From contig NC_045706.1 of assembly GCF_009834535.1 (NCBI RefSeq), positions 22,010,001 through 22,074,000 of the forward strand: 64,000 bases of DNA. Direction: 5' to 3'. Source of the DNA: Camelus ferus (Eukaryota). The notes beneath the pieces were generated by a model. It was not told the DNA's origin and made no database searches. It saw only the letters and a list, made by a program, of their open reading frames with translations. The position numbers and the translations under genes are program-made. Shown here one piece after another: positions 38,621 to 51,420 of this stretch (the first letter of the stretch is position 1; every line of letters begins with the position of its first letter).

Positions 38621-39624
38621 AAGGTCTGCTTTCAGCCGTGTTTTAACGATGGGATGTCCCCTAAAGTATTTCCCTAACTGAGCCTATTTCCATAACTGGC
38701 CTGTTGCCAAGTACGTTTTGAGCACTAAGTACCCCAATAGGGTCCCTTCTTTGGTGAAATCCCCCTCATCCTTCAGGGTCCAGCTAACTCCCTCTCCCAA
38801 TATCCTCTAGGCTCCAAAGACCCTTCCTTGCTGGTGGTCTCAGACAGTCACTAGTTTCAAAGGTTCCCAAAGTCTCAGACCAAGAGAAACAGAGTCGGGG
38901 AGAAAAGCTCACACCTTAAATTCTGAAGCAAGTTGGAAGTCCACAGGAAGTTGGTGGAAAGCAAAACTGAAGATTATCTTTAGGTTTTGAATAGTTTGTT
39001 TATGATAAAGAAATGACTTACTCAAATAGCCTTTGTTATTTCAACATGGACAGTCCCCATCCTCTAAATGATGTATGTTAACAAGAAAAGAAATAATTTC
39101 CAATCTTTGCATAATAAAGCACCAACTCCATAGACTAACCCAAAGGGCCCTCACTGACTGACCTCAGACTAATTTCCTGGCTCCTCCCCATCACACATTC
39201 TGTGCTTCAGACAAACTAAACCACTTACCAATCTCAGCTATATCCCCCTTTCCCCACCTTCACAAGTTCACGTAGACTTTTTGCACTGCCTTGAATACCT
39301 TCCCCATGTGCTTATCTGATCCTCTTTCTAGGAACCACCCCCTGCAAAAAGCCAAAATTTTCATCTTCCAAACACTGTGCCTGGATCTCCCTCTACTGAA
39401 CTCCTACAATATTTACTTTTACTTCTTCAGTGGGATGTGAGGGTAGAAGTATGTATTTACTTGACATTTCTAAATGACATTTTAGCAGTAAGTATATTTT
39501 TCCTGTTAAGTCTTGTCTCTTGAAATCCCTCTATGATTTCAAAACATTAGGTAATTTTCATACTTCTCTGAGTTCCATTTTACAAGTGAAGAGTTACAGT
39601 ACAGAGTATTCAGTCACAGAGAAC

Positions 39625-39795
39625 CAGAGTATGGCCAAGCTTGGTAAACACTCTACATGCAGTTGAGAAGAATGTGTATTCTTCTTTGTTGGATGAAATA
39701 TTTTATCAATGTCAGTTAGATCAAGTTAGTTGATTGTGTTGTTCAAATCTTCTACATCTTTACTGATTTTTCTTTCTGCTTGTTCTATAAACTAC
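39625..39795 (-). mobile_element. L1 ORF2 endonuclease-region fragment, inverted relative to the adjacent L1
   Basis: ttgagaagaatgtgtattct...gatcaagttagttgattgtgttgttcaaatcttctacatctttactgattt. Confidence 0.75.
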
Positions 39796-42725
39796 CAACA
39801 AAGAACCAAAAACTTAATTTTTAAAATACCATTTTAAAAATCATATTTATGAAATGCTTAGTGGTAAATCTGATAAAAGAGGTGCAAGATCTATAAACAA
39901 AAACTAGAAAATGTTACTGAGTTAAATTAAAGAAAACCCAAATAAATAAAAACTAATGTGCTCATGAATCAGAAGACTCAATATTTGTAAAATAAAAATT
40001 CTCCTCAAATTGATCTATAGACTTTATATAGTCTTAATAAAAATTCCAGGACCCCTTTTTTGGAAGGCAGAAATTGACAAGTTGATTTTAAAATTCATAT
40101 AGAAATGCAAAGTACCTGAATGAACAAGACAACTTTGATAAAGAAGGACAATTCTAACAGACTTGCTCCCTGACTTGAAGACATTATAAAACTATAATAA
40201 TCAAGACATTGTGGCATTGGTTTTAAGACAATCAAACAAATGGGACAGAATAGAGTCCGGAAATAGACCTGTATGGATATGGACAACTGAATTTTGACAA
40301 AAGTACAAGGGCAATTCAATGGAGAAAGAATAGGTCTTTCCAATAAATGGTATTGGAACAATTTGGCTCCCATATGCAACAATAATGAACTTTGATGCAT
40401 ACATCATACCATAAACGAATTTAATTCAAAATAGATCATTGGTCTAAACTTTATAAAACATCTAGAAAAGAGCAGAAGAGAAAATCTTTGTGACCTTGCC
40501 CTAGGCAAAGTTGTCATAGATATGACTCCAAAAGCATGAGCCAGAAATAAACAACTGAAAAATTACACTTCATCAAAATTATGAGCTTCTCTTCACTGAA
40601 AGACACTGTTAAGAGAATTTAAAGACAAGCTATGATAAAGGAGAAAAATATCTGCAAGTCATATATCTGATAAAGGACTTTTCTCCAGAATATAGAAGGA
40701 TTCTTAACACTCAATAATAAGATAAAAACAACCAAATTTTTAAATGGGCAAAATATTTTCTCAGAGACACCAAATAAATATAAATAGCAAATCAAATAAA
40801 AATATAAATAGCAAATAAGCACATGAAAAGATGTTCAAAACATCCTTAGTCACTAAAAGAATGGAAATTAAAATCACAATGAGGTACCACGATGGTTAAC
40901 ATTATTTTTTAAAAAAACTAACTATAGCAAATAAAACTACATCAAACTAAGAAGCCTTTGTACAGCAAAACTATCAACAGAACAAAAAGGCAGCCTACTG
41001 AGTGGGAGAAGATACTCACAATGACATATCCTATAAGGAATTAATGTGCAAAACATACAAAAAACACAACTCAACATCAAAAAACCACAAATCATCTGAT
41101 GAAAAAATAGGCAGAGAACCCGATTATGCATTTCTCCAAAGAAGACATACAAGGGGCCAGGAAAAGATGCTCAGCATCACTAGTTAGAGAACTGCAAATC
41201 AAACTCACAAGAAACCACCTCTCCTGTCAGAAAGCCTGTCAGCAAAAAGACAGCAAATAACAAGCGCTGGCATGGCTGTGGAGGAGAGGGAACCTTGCAC
41301 ACTGCTGGAAGGACTGAACACTGATGCAACCACTATGAAAAACAGTATGGAGCTTCCTCAAACAACTAAGACTAGAACTGCCATATGATCCAGCTATTTC
41401 ACTTCCAGGTATTTACTCGAAGAAAACAAAGACACTAATTTGAAAAGATACATGCAGTCCAGTGTTCACTGCAGCATTATTTGCCATAGTCAAGATGTGG
41501 AAACAACCTTAGTGTGCACTGATAGATAACTGGATAATGAAGATGTGGTATATGTATGCACTGGGATATTTCTCAGCCATAAAAAAAAAATGAAATCTTG
41601 CCATTTGCAACCGTATGGATTGATCTAGAGGGGTTTATGCTAAGTGAAATAAGTCACAAAGAGACAGACAAATATCATAACTTCATTCATATATAAAATC
41701 TAAAACACAAGACAAACGAAACAAAACAAAAGCAGGTTCATAGATAATACAGAGAACAAACGAGTGGTTGCCAGAAAGGAGGAGGCTGGAGGTAGGCAAA
41801 GTAATTAAAGGGATTAAGAGGTACAAAGCTCCAGTCATGCAGTAAATAAGTCACAAGGATATGATACCCAGCATAAGGAATATGGTCAACAATATTATAA
41901 TAACTTTGTATGGTAACAGATGGTTACTCAACTTATCATGGTGATCATTTCCTAGTGTATGCAAAGTCAAACCATTGTGTAGCACACCTGGAAGTAACAT
42001 AACATTGTATGTCAACTATATTTCAGTAAAACGAATTAATTAACTAATTAATTACAAACTAACCATAACAAGCATTAATGAGGATGTGGAACAACTGTAA
42101 CTCTCATGCAATGCTGGTGGAAATCCGACCTGGCACAACCACTTTGGAAAACAATTTGGCATTTTCTCAAAAATTTGAAGCTGTATCTACCGTATAACCC
42201 AGTCATTCCACTATTAAGCATTTGTTCAAGAGAAATAAAAGCATATATCTATACAAAAACTTGTGCAGGCATGGTCATAGCAGCTTTATTTGTAATAGCC
42301 AAAACCTAGATTAATCCATCAATAGGTGACTAGATAAACCAGTTTTACTATATCCATGCAATGAAACACTGTACCTCCAAAAAGTAATAAACTATTGATA
42401 CATGCAGCAACATGGATGAATCTCAAAATATTGGAAGAGAAGAAAGCCACACAAAAACAGAGTACATTTCTTTTATATAAAAGTCTAGAGAATGCAAACT
42501 AATCTATAGTCACTGTCAGCAAACCCCTGACTGTGAATGCTGTGAAGGATGAAGAAGGTGGGAGGAAGGAATTATGAAGGAGCACAGAGGGTGATGGATA
42601 TGCTGATTTTCTTGACTCTTGTTATGAATGCATGGGTGTGTTAATGTTAAAACTTATCAAATTGGTACACTTTAATGTGAGCAGTTATGGAACACCGATT
42701 ATACCATAAATACAATAAAGTTGTT
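39796..42725 (+). mobile_element. Old L1 (L1MB/ME-like), ORF2 3' part to 3' end, split by a nested L1
   Basis: gaagactcaatattt, aaattgatctatagact, gacagaatagagtcc, caataaatggtattggaaca; resumes at 42056 and ends caataaagttg. Confidence 0.85.
40931..42055 (+). mobile_element. Younger L1 3' portion nested in the older L1
   Basis: Repeats ORF2-end motifs (ctccaaagaagacatac, ccatatgatccagcta) then a different 3'UTR; degenerate TSD aaactaactatagcaa (40915-40930) and aaactaaccataacaa (42056-42071), 14/16. Confidence 0.85.
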
Positions 42726-42927
42726 TATGACAATCTTAAGGCAACTCGTAGAGTAACCTTAGTTTTATTTTACATAATGTTTATAAGCACTTAAAAACGT
42801 TTAACTCCAAGAGAATGAATACCTTAACCCTTCAATGCACGTATCTTCAAGAGATAACTCTTCAAATGTTGCATCAGACATTTGGAAGCTATGTCAGACC
42901 TTCTCCCTAAATATGCTCTCATAACAA

Positions 42928-44185
42928 TCTAGGATTCTGTTTTGTCACGTCCGGTATGTTCACCATAAACACCTTTGGGGCAATCAATTTTGCAGTACAA
43001 CTAATTAGCCATAAAACAATTTTGCCAGAAAAGATAAAATAACTAGCGGGCAGTTTGGTTTCAACTTGTAGACAATTTAGTTTCATTTCACCGTTGACGC
43101 ACTACGTCTCCCACTTTTCCATTGTATAAATCTTAGGCCTTATAGTGGTCTACACAGTGATGAGTAGATATTGCAGTCTTTAAGAGGGGATGATGACAAC
43201 TCTCTATATAGGCTTGATAGAAAATACAGTGATAAGAAAACTTACAGGAAGTGTGAAACAAGCAGAGCCAGATTGCACACTCTGCTAGAGGATGATAAGA
43301 AAGCAGTCTGCAAACCCTTCAGTGAGCCCAGCCACTCTCCCACCCGTCAGAACCAAAAGCTGACCAACCTACAGCAAATGTAAAAGAGGCAGCTAGTAAC
43401 TCACACACAGGCTTTGAGAGCTTTAATTATCGAGTCTTGGGCTGATTTAGATACAGCAGCTTGTTCCCTCATGTCATCTTTACCAAATTTATCACACAAC
43501 ATGAGAAGCTGGAGGCAAAAGACGAATCAAGCTCCTCCTATTCCCCAAAACAGAAATGGTTACATGGTTCCTGTTGAGTTTCAGTTTCCTGAAAACGGTG
43601 AAAATGTTTTGCTACTTGATAGCGGAGAACATGATGCATACAGAATTTAGGTATTTGGTACAGAATCTGGCTTTGATGATTTGGTGCAATATAAGGACTG
43701 CGCATGTGATGAAACATTTAGATGAAGTTCAGATATGTAGTACCAGTTACACACGTTACATATATCGACAAGAATTAGCAGCGTCCCTCCTCGGCTTTAC
43801 TTCCAGGGGCAGCTGAAGAGATTTACAGCAGATTTGTCAAGATCATGAGGAATTTATGTCCAACATTAGATCCTGAATCCTTAATGATCAACTTCGAGAA
43901 AGGAAGTATCATAGCTTTCTCTAAGACATGCCCAAATACGACCATGACCATCAACCTACACACATTCGAAATATATTCAAATACTTTTTGTATTTTCATT
44001 TTTCACAATAAATTTTTTTTTACTTTGTTTTATTTTCCATGTTTCATTGTGTTCTTTCTAATGTCCCTCTTTTAACTTATTTTCATTATTTTGTCTCTTA
44101 CGGCAAAAGCTGTCTTCTGACCAATTAGTTATGCAGCTGAACCGTTCGCAGTGAAACTGCTTGTGGCAAAGATTCAATACCTAGA
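42928..44185 (+). mobile_element. Mutator-like (MULE/MuDR) DNA transposon relic, internally deleted, with decayed FLYWCH and DDE transposase
   Basis: TIRs of about 100-115 bp, core 42999-43042 versus 44086-44130 at 35/45 identity. Translations: SLRG..YRLDRK..KTYRKCE..RARLHT (FLYWCH-like); LLLDSGE..RI*VFGTE..D(C)ACDETF..YQLHTLH; ALLPG..EEIY..; LMINFEK.S..AF...PN (MULE DGTF and DFE motifs). Confidence 0.8.
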
Positions 44186-46463
44186 ACCCAACTCCATAGC
44201 CCTGTCACCGCTGCCATCAATTACTCATTTGATCAATGCTTCTTTCCACAGCAGCAGAGATGGTATCGGTATCCTTCATTCTTGCATCCCGAGGTCCTGG
44301 TATGCAGTAAGTGCTCAGTAAGTGTTTGTTGAATAGAGCCTCTTAGACCCAGTATCTAGGTACCAAAGATCAAGTTGTTGACACTTTCAATTAAATACCC
44401 TCGAAGGGAAGGGACAGGTTTGGCTCTCTCTGCTTTTCGCCATCTTCCCATTTATTTTATCCATATTCGTTTGAGAAACAAATTCTTTCAAGACTTTAAA
44501 ACATGAATCTATGTCAGACTCTGTTAAGCTCTAGTATCTGTCAGTAAGTTACTTGGGAGGAAAAAAGAGAAACTCTATGGCATGCTTTTCAGTTACTTTT
44601 AATGATTAAATTGTGGTACCTGTAATAGTGATTAAGTGGATAATATCAGATTTTACCCGATTATTAAACTGGCATTTTTAGCATCAAAAAGGGAAAGAGA
44701 CATAAGCCTAAGGCTAGACAGATTCTATCAGGACTAATGACCTACTAGTGACACTTGGAAGTTCCCTTCAGGGGCTGGAGCCTCTGGGCTAGAAGGTTCC
44801 AGAGACCATCCATGCCTGAGTTAAACACTGGAGAGAGCAGATTCCTTAGCCACCTTTCAGCATCTTATGAAAATATTCAAGTCCAATATTAGTACAGCAA
44901 TATTTGAAGAAAGAAAAGTTAATATTTCTTTTTCTTTTTTCTCCTCACTCATTCCCTAGCTGCCTATTACGAAGCTTCTAGATTACAATCCCTGGTACTT
45001 CTACCAAGTGCTTCAAATTAAAAAGTCTCCATTTAAAAAGCCTTGTTTCAATCACTTACTCAGACAGCACTGCAGGCTGCTGCCTCCGGCACTCAGAGCA
45101 GCCAAGGGAGGCACAGGGCAAAATGTCAGAAAAGCAGCTAAAGCGAAGAGCAACCAAAAAAGAAGGTCACTGTCCCCTCCATGCTGCACCTTGGTGGCGC
45201 CGCCTACCAGGGCCTCCCCTCTCCCAGTCAGCGTGTTTGAGAAACAAACATCTCCTCTGTCGGGAAAGAAATGTGCTGTGGGCACAGCCGTGGCCTCAGA
45301 TATTTTCACAGGTAATCAGACCATCCGATCAATGGTGTCCGTGTGGCTCTCTCCCCACGGTCAGGGTTATCAGGCACCCCTCCCTCCTGTGACTTCCATG
45401 CAGTCACCAAGTCGGCTTCTCTATTCAAATCACTCTATAATTTCTCCCCTTTCTTTCCAATCCCACAATTATTACCTTAATTCAGATCTTCGTTATCTCT
45501 TGTCCAGGGACAATTTAAGATCTTTGGATGTCTTAAACACAGAAAAACATTTTGGTCTCTTGACCTCTTATGCACTTAAAAATATGTAAAACCATAAAAT
45601 AAAAAGTGTTCCAGTATACTGCAATGAATAGCTTTTTTTCTAGATTTTTCTTAAAAGTTGCGATAAATTTAGGTAATTTTGCCTAGGGAAAGCTTTCTCT
45701 AGAAAGTCATTGAGTTTTGAAAGATAGAGGACTAGCTAGGTAAAGAAGGAGGAAAGGATAACCAGAAGGAAGTGCATGTGCCAGGTATTTTGATGTAAAA
45801 CAAGAAGATAAAGTTCCCTGCTGTATGACTGAACAGAGGGCATGGAGAAAGGGCTAGAAAATGAGAGCATCCAAACCATGATGGTCCATGTGCTGAGCTG
45901 ACTTTATCTTCCAAGCTGTGGGGAAGCCAATGACGAATTGTAAGAAGATATCTAACACATTCACGTAAATCAAACCTCTTTCTGTGAGGTTTCAAATGCA
46001 AAGAGTGGACCAAAATAAACGACCAGAAAACAAAGTAAAGAAAACAAATCTAGCTTAGCCAAGCAAATAGCCATTATTCTCAAAAATAAGTTTCCAGCTG
46101 AGATTTCTTTCATACTGTGCCCCAGTGTTCTCTCCATGGCCAGGAAACCATCTTTTCTCTTGGATGCTCTATGATTTCCTAACCTAACCCAGGGTCAAAG
46201 CCAAAGGCTAGTTTGAGACCTTCCTGAGCAGTCTCAGGGACTCTCACGAGGATCCGGTTTCCACCCCAGGGATAAGCCCCACCGTCACTTCCTTAACCTC
46301 CCACCCCACCCCCACAGCAGATCCTTCCTGGTGGCTGGTTCCATTTCGTTCGCCTCAGAAGCAGTCACGCTACACAGAGGAGATTCTTGCCCTCTCCTCA
46401 CACAGGGCAGTAGAGCCCCAAAGGACAAGACTTCTGTCACTTAGCCATCTGGATGCGCATTTA

Positions 46464-46836
46464 TGTTACAGGCTGAGTTGTGTCTCTCCAAATCCAAATG
46501 TTGACTCGGAACCCCCAGGACCTAAGAATGTGACTATATTTGGAAATAAGATTTTTTAAAAAGTTAAGTTAAAACGAGGTCACTTAGGATGGGCCCTAAA
46601 GCAGTGTGTTACATATAAGAAGAGGAAATTGGCACACAGAAACACAGAGGGGGGACCTTGTGAAGGGACAGAGAGAACAGCCATCTCTAAGCCCAGGAGA
46701 GAAGCCTCAAGAGAGACCAGCCCTGCTGACCCCTTGACCTCAGGCTCACACTTCTGGCACCGTGAGACCCTATGTCTCTGCTCTTTAAGCCGTCCCGTCC
46801 ACGGTGCTCTGTTGTGGCGGACCTAGCAATATCGAT
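46464..46836 (+). mobile_element. MaLR solo LTR, MLT1A-like
   Basis: tgttacaggctgagttgtgtc...gaatgtgactatatttggaaataag...gccatctctaagcccaggagaga. Confidence 0.85.
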
Positions 46837-47054
46837 GGGGAACACTTGTTTTTCTATCATAACTTCTCTTTGGAGGAGCTCTTCTTATTTCAGGACTGCA
46901 CGGGTGAGTGTCAAGAGGAGTCAAAAGTATGACGTAGGTGGCCTGTGCCTGGTTGTGTGGATGCCTGGGCTTCCAAGAAGCAGGTGCAGGTAAGTGGAGG
47001 ATCTTGCCTGCTGTGGGACAGAAGGCCCACTGAAGCCGGGGGAAGGTCAGTGAG

Positions 47055-47541
47055 TGTGTTAGTTTCCTATGACCGCTGTAACCAATTATCACAAACTCAG
47101 TAGCTTAAGACAACATGAGTTTATTATTTTATAGTTCTGGAAGTCAGAAGTCGCACCTGAGTCTCATGGGGTTAAAATTAAGGTGTCAGCAGGACTGTCT
47201 TCCTTCTGGAGGCTTTGGAGGAGAACCCACTCCCTTGTCTCTTTCAGCTTCTAGAGGCTGCCTGCATCCTTGCCCCGTGGCCCCATCCTCACAGAGCATC
47301 ATTTCAGCATCTGCTTCCCTTGTCCCATCTCCTTTCTTTTATTCTTCTGCTTCCCTCTTGTAAGAACGTGTGTGACTACACTGGGGACACCTGGCTAATA
47401 TGGGCTACTCTCCTCATCTCATGATCTTAACTTTAGCACATCTGCCAAGTCCCTCTTGCCCTTCAGGGAAAGGTATGCACAGGTCTGAGGATTCAGAGGT
47501 GGCCATCTTTCAGGGGAGGGAGCATCACTCAGTTTAAGACA
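47055..47541 (-). mobile_element. MaLR solo LTR, MLT1C/D-like
   Basis: tgtgttagtttccta...gttctggaagtcagaagtc...ggtgtcagcagg; near-TSD gtgag and gtgaa. Confidence 0.85.
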
Positions 47542-47694
47542 GTGAAGAAAACCAGAGGGAGGCACAGCCCAGAGGGACTGAAGAACAGAGAAATGTCAAA
47601 GGAGACTTGCTGGGTGAGAATGTATGGCCTCTGTCCTTGACCCCAGGAATCTTCAGCTACCACAACCAAAATCCCAAAATGGTTGTTATAGTTG

Positions 47695-48055
47695 GTTAGA
47701 ATTTCCCCAGGAACAGACACTGAGATGAGAATTAAGGGGTTTATTTGGGAGATGGTATAGGAGTAGAGAAATTACAGGCAGTAGGGGGCAGTCAATATAG
47801 AGTATGTTATAAAGCCAGCTAAGTCTCTGGGCAACTAGAGCTCAATCCCACTGGGACATTCTGGGAAAAAAAGATCACATGCTTTGGGAGTTGTCCCACA
47901 TGAGAAGCAAGAAGCAAGGGAACCAGGGTATCTGTACACCAAACTTCACTGGTCATTGGCTGAGGGCTGCTCCCACATACTAGTTCCCCGGCACTTCTGC
48001 AGAAGAGGGTAGAGGAGCCTCTAGAGGATCTGGAGAAAGCCCTCCAGCAAAGAAA
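47695..48055 (-). mobile_element. ERVL-class solo LTR (LTR33/LTR67-like)
   Basis: cagacactgagatgaga...tttatttgggag...ggtcattggctgagggctgctccc; subfamily uncertain. Confidence 0.5.
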
Positions 48056-48918
48056 GGCAAATCTTGCAATCAGAAGTCAGTGGGAGCATACCACAGTGGA
48101 AATACCAAATGGATACGAGCCGAACACCAACAGTGTCTAGTAAAATTAGGTTTCTCATGGAAATCAGTGACATGGCCGAGCTTTGCATCCTCACTGATGT
48201 GAGGCTGAAACAGCCCATAAATACGAGGTAACAGCTGACATCTGGATTGCACAGAGAATACGCATCAATGGAAAGGGATTTCTGTGCTGGTCTTATATTT
48301 GATGTCTATAAACCTGTCACTATTGCAACTCATGCTGCAGTCTCTTCCGCTGAGAAACCAGCCTTAAACTCTTTGCTAGCTGGCCCCCATTCAGGACTTC
48401 TATAGAGTCCCGTTTCCAGTATTTCCCTGGTCTGAAGCCAATTCCGCCCCCACCCCTACTCCCACCACACTTGGCTTAGACCTCAATCTGCACGGCTGCG
48501 CATCTCTCTTGCTCTTTTGAGTAGAAGAAAATAGATTGCAGAGAGTTTCCCTCCACCTACTACTTCCTCCCTTGATTAAAAAAAGAAAATTAAAAAAGAA
48601 ATTACAAAAAAAAATCCCCAACTGTTATTTTCGCCTTCCATTTCACCGAGTCCTCAGCCCTTCGCCTCCGTTCCTAGCCATAAATCAGGCATTTCTGGAG
48701 CTTCCATGTCCAAATGCACAAGGACAATATGCATGTACTTTTAAGTAAGAAGTAAATGCTCTATAATTTAATTTTCTCCTCTCACATTAAACCTGCCATG
48801 CTTCGCATAATCGGAGTGATAAATGCAGAGTCAGACTTCATCTTCCTGACATTAATACCCATCAGTACTTCAAATGCAAACAATTGTGACATTCGACTTT
48901 ATAAAAATTACCAAGTGC

Positions 48919-49314
48919 NNNNNNNNNNNNNNNNNNNNNNNNNNNNNNNNNNNNNNNNNNNNNNNNNNNNNNNNNNNNNNNNNNNNNNNNNNNNNNNNNN
49001 NNNNNNNNNNNNNNNNNNNNNNNNNNNNNNNNNNNNNNNNNNNNNNNNNNNNNNNNNNNNNNNNNNNNNNNNNNNNNNNNNNNNNNNNNNNNNNNNNNNN
49101 NNNNNNNNNNNNNNNNNNNNNNNNNNNNNNNNNNNNNNNNNNNNNNNNNNNNNNNNNNNNNNNNNNNNNNNNNNNNNNNNNNNNNNNNNNNNNNNNNNNN
49201 NNNNNNNNNNNNNNNNNNNNNNNNNNNNNNNNNNNNNNNNNNNNNNNNNNNNNNNNNNNNNNNNNNNNNNNNNNNNNNNNNNNNNNNNNNNNNNNNNNNN
49301 NNNNNNNNNNNNNN
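48919..49314. other. Assembly gap (396 N)
   Basis: Run of N read directly. Confidence 1.
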
Positions 49315-49924
49315 TTGACAAATTGTCTTCTCTTTAGCAAATTGAACAAACACTATATCTGTTTTAGCCCTTCTTTTCATTTAAAGCATAATACATATTC
49401 ATGTTTGTAAATGAAGTTAAATGATTTCAACTTCCATCTTCATTACCATATTAAAGATGTTGTCTCCATAAGCTTCCTTAAAAAACTGCAGATTATAGTA
49501 TTACCTATTTGAAAGGCAGACTTTTGTTTAATCTATATATTAACCCAAGCACTGGAACAAATGGATGGGGAAAGTGAGCAAAACTGGATGAAACCTGAAA
49601 AAAAAAAAAACCCACAACTGCTTTGTTGTTTATTGTCTGCCTGAGGCAGAATTAATTAGTCCTATGACCAACCATCAGGAAGCAGTCTGATGGTTTTCCT
49701 TGTCAGTTCCCGCCTTGGCAAGTGTCATCAGCTGAGGGAGGAAGGACGTTTTAGAGGCCACACTGGATGCATCTGAAGGTCGGGTCTCTGCCTGGCTGAT
49801 TCTGCTGTCTCCCTAGCGTAGTGTTCTGTGGGGCTAGGGATCAGTGTAAAGTAGCCCATATGGAATCCTGCCCCCAGGTGGTGGAAAGTCCATCCATCTA
49901 CCAGCAAGAGTGAGGCGTGGTGGT

Positions 49925-50125
49925 CATAGTGCGGGATCTATGCCAGGCCTAGAAAGCAGGCCAGGCCCCTCCCTCCAGGTGACCTTGAGCAAGTGGATAT
50001 CACCTTCAGGAGTCACATGCTCACCTGTTACTTGGAAATAAAAACATCCACTTTGCAGATTCCTATGAGAATCCAATATAATCATGTATATTAAAGCATC
50101 ATCAGTCCCATACATGGGAGATACT
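49925..50125 (+). mobile_element. MIR
   Basis: ggtgaccttgagcaagt...cacctgt...gagaatccaatataatcatgta. Confidence 0.6.
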
Positions 50126-50724
50126 TAAGGACACAGATCTCCATCTCCGAGAAGCACCTACATGTTCAACACCGAGTAACATAATATGGGGAGGGTAAGA
50201 GTTACTAGGTGCAAACCTCTTCCTTTGTCTACACCTCTTGGCGCCAGAGTCATCTGATTCCATCACAGTTGTCAAATCAAATAACCAAATACTAATTCAA
50301 TTTTAGGCTACAGCCACAAAATTCATCTGAAAAACTACCAGAATAAATCAGTTCCTTAACATCTATCTATTGTGGGTGTATCTAAATAAAAAAACCTACA
50401 TCTGTTACTAAGTTGTCAATAATGTGCATTGAGGTTACATCCGACAAGAACATTTTCTGCTTCTGAGAAAAAAAAATAATTCCCAGAGTTTCACAGTTCA
50501 AAAGGGACCTCAGTAAAAAGTAAAGCTAAAGAAAAGAGAAACCTCATGCTTAATATATTCCTCGTTCAGGGAAATTTTCCTCTATGCCACATTGTCTCTT
50601 GAAAATGTATTTAAATAATGATTTGAAATGATTTTACCTAAAACTGACCTTATTCCCACCTAAAACCTTTTTCAAGATCACTGCCTTATAATTAGGACTG
50701 AACATAAGCTCTTCAATGTAGATT

Positions 50725-51420
50725 ACTTTTTTTATAGATTTTTTATAAAAGATTCTTTAATTATAAAAGTAATCTAATGAAATAATGTAAAATTTGGAAA
50801 ACAAATGGTATTAAAAAAACCACATAAACATAATTCCATCATCTTAGGAGAACTCAGGGAATATTGAGTAATATTTCCTTCCATTTTTTAATTCTAATTT
50901 TTCTCTTTCCTTCATCTGATTTTATTTGTTGCATACTTGTATTCAAAGAGTACTACTTTATTTAATATGAATCATGTATTCATTTATGTATATAATGTAT
51001 GTAAATGAGATGCATGTTAAATAGGTATTAATATGTATCCATACTGCTACATGGCCATCATGACCACCATCTTAATGGCTGCATAATATTCTGGCAAACG
51101 TATTTTCTATGATATAAGGTCCCTTAGATGCTGGGCATTCAGTAATTGTCCATCCCTTTTTTCCTATTAGGAATGACTTTGATAAATATTATTATGCCTA
51201 AAGCTTCGTGGTATTATTCCACTGGTATAGTCTCAGAGGTGGAGTATCTGAATCACTGGCTCAAAGTAATGAATATTTGTATGTCTCCTGATAGACACTG
51301 CCAAGATGTTTTCCAGGAAGGAAAACTCATTTGCACAACCACAAATACAATTTGGAATAAGAGTTTCACCACAAATTTGCCAACATTGGGTATTTTCCTT
51401 ATGGCATAGAAAGAAATACA
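50725..51420 (-). mobile_element. Old L1 3' end (L1ME/L1MC-like)
   Basis: cttaatggctgcataatattc...gatgctgggcattcag...gaatcactggctcaaag...ccaacattggg. Confidence 0.65.

Noticed and set aside
43171-44075. Functional or domesticated MULE transposase gene
   Set aside because: Multiple stops and frameshifts, catalytic motifs mutated (DETF, NFE), and the C-terminal catalytic region is deleted.
45189-45206. CTCF-like caccttggtggcgcc
   Set aside because: Mismatch at the highly constrained A of the core; too weak.
45008-45589. Longest non-repeat-array ORF (193 aa)
   Set aside because: Non-ATG start, no recognisable domain, and the 3' part overlaps L2-like sequence.
48756-49410. ORFs of 137-193 aa
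   Set aside because: Artefacts of translating through the N gap.
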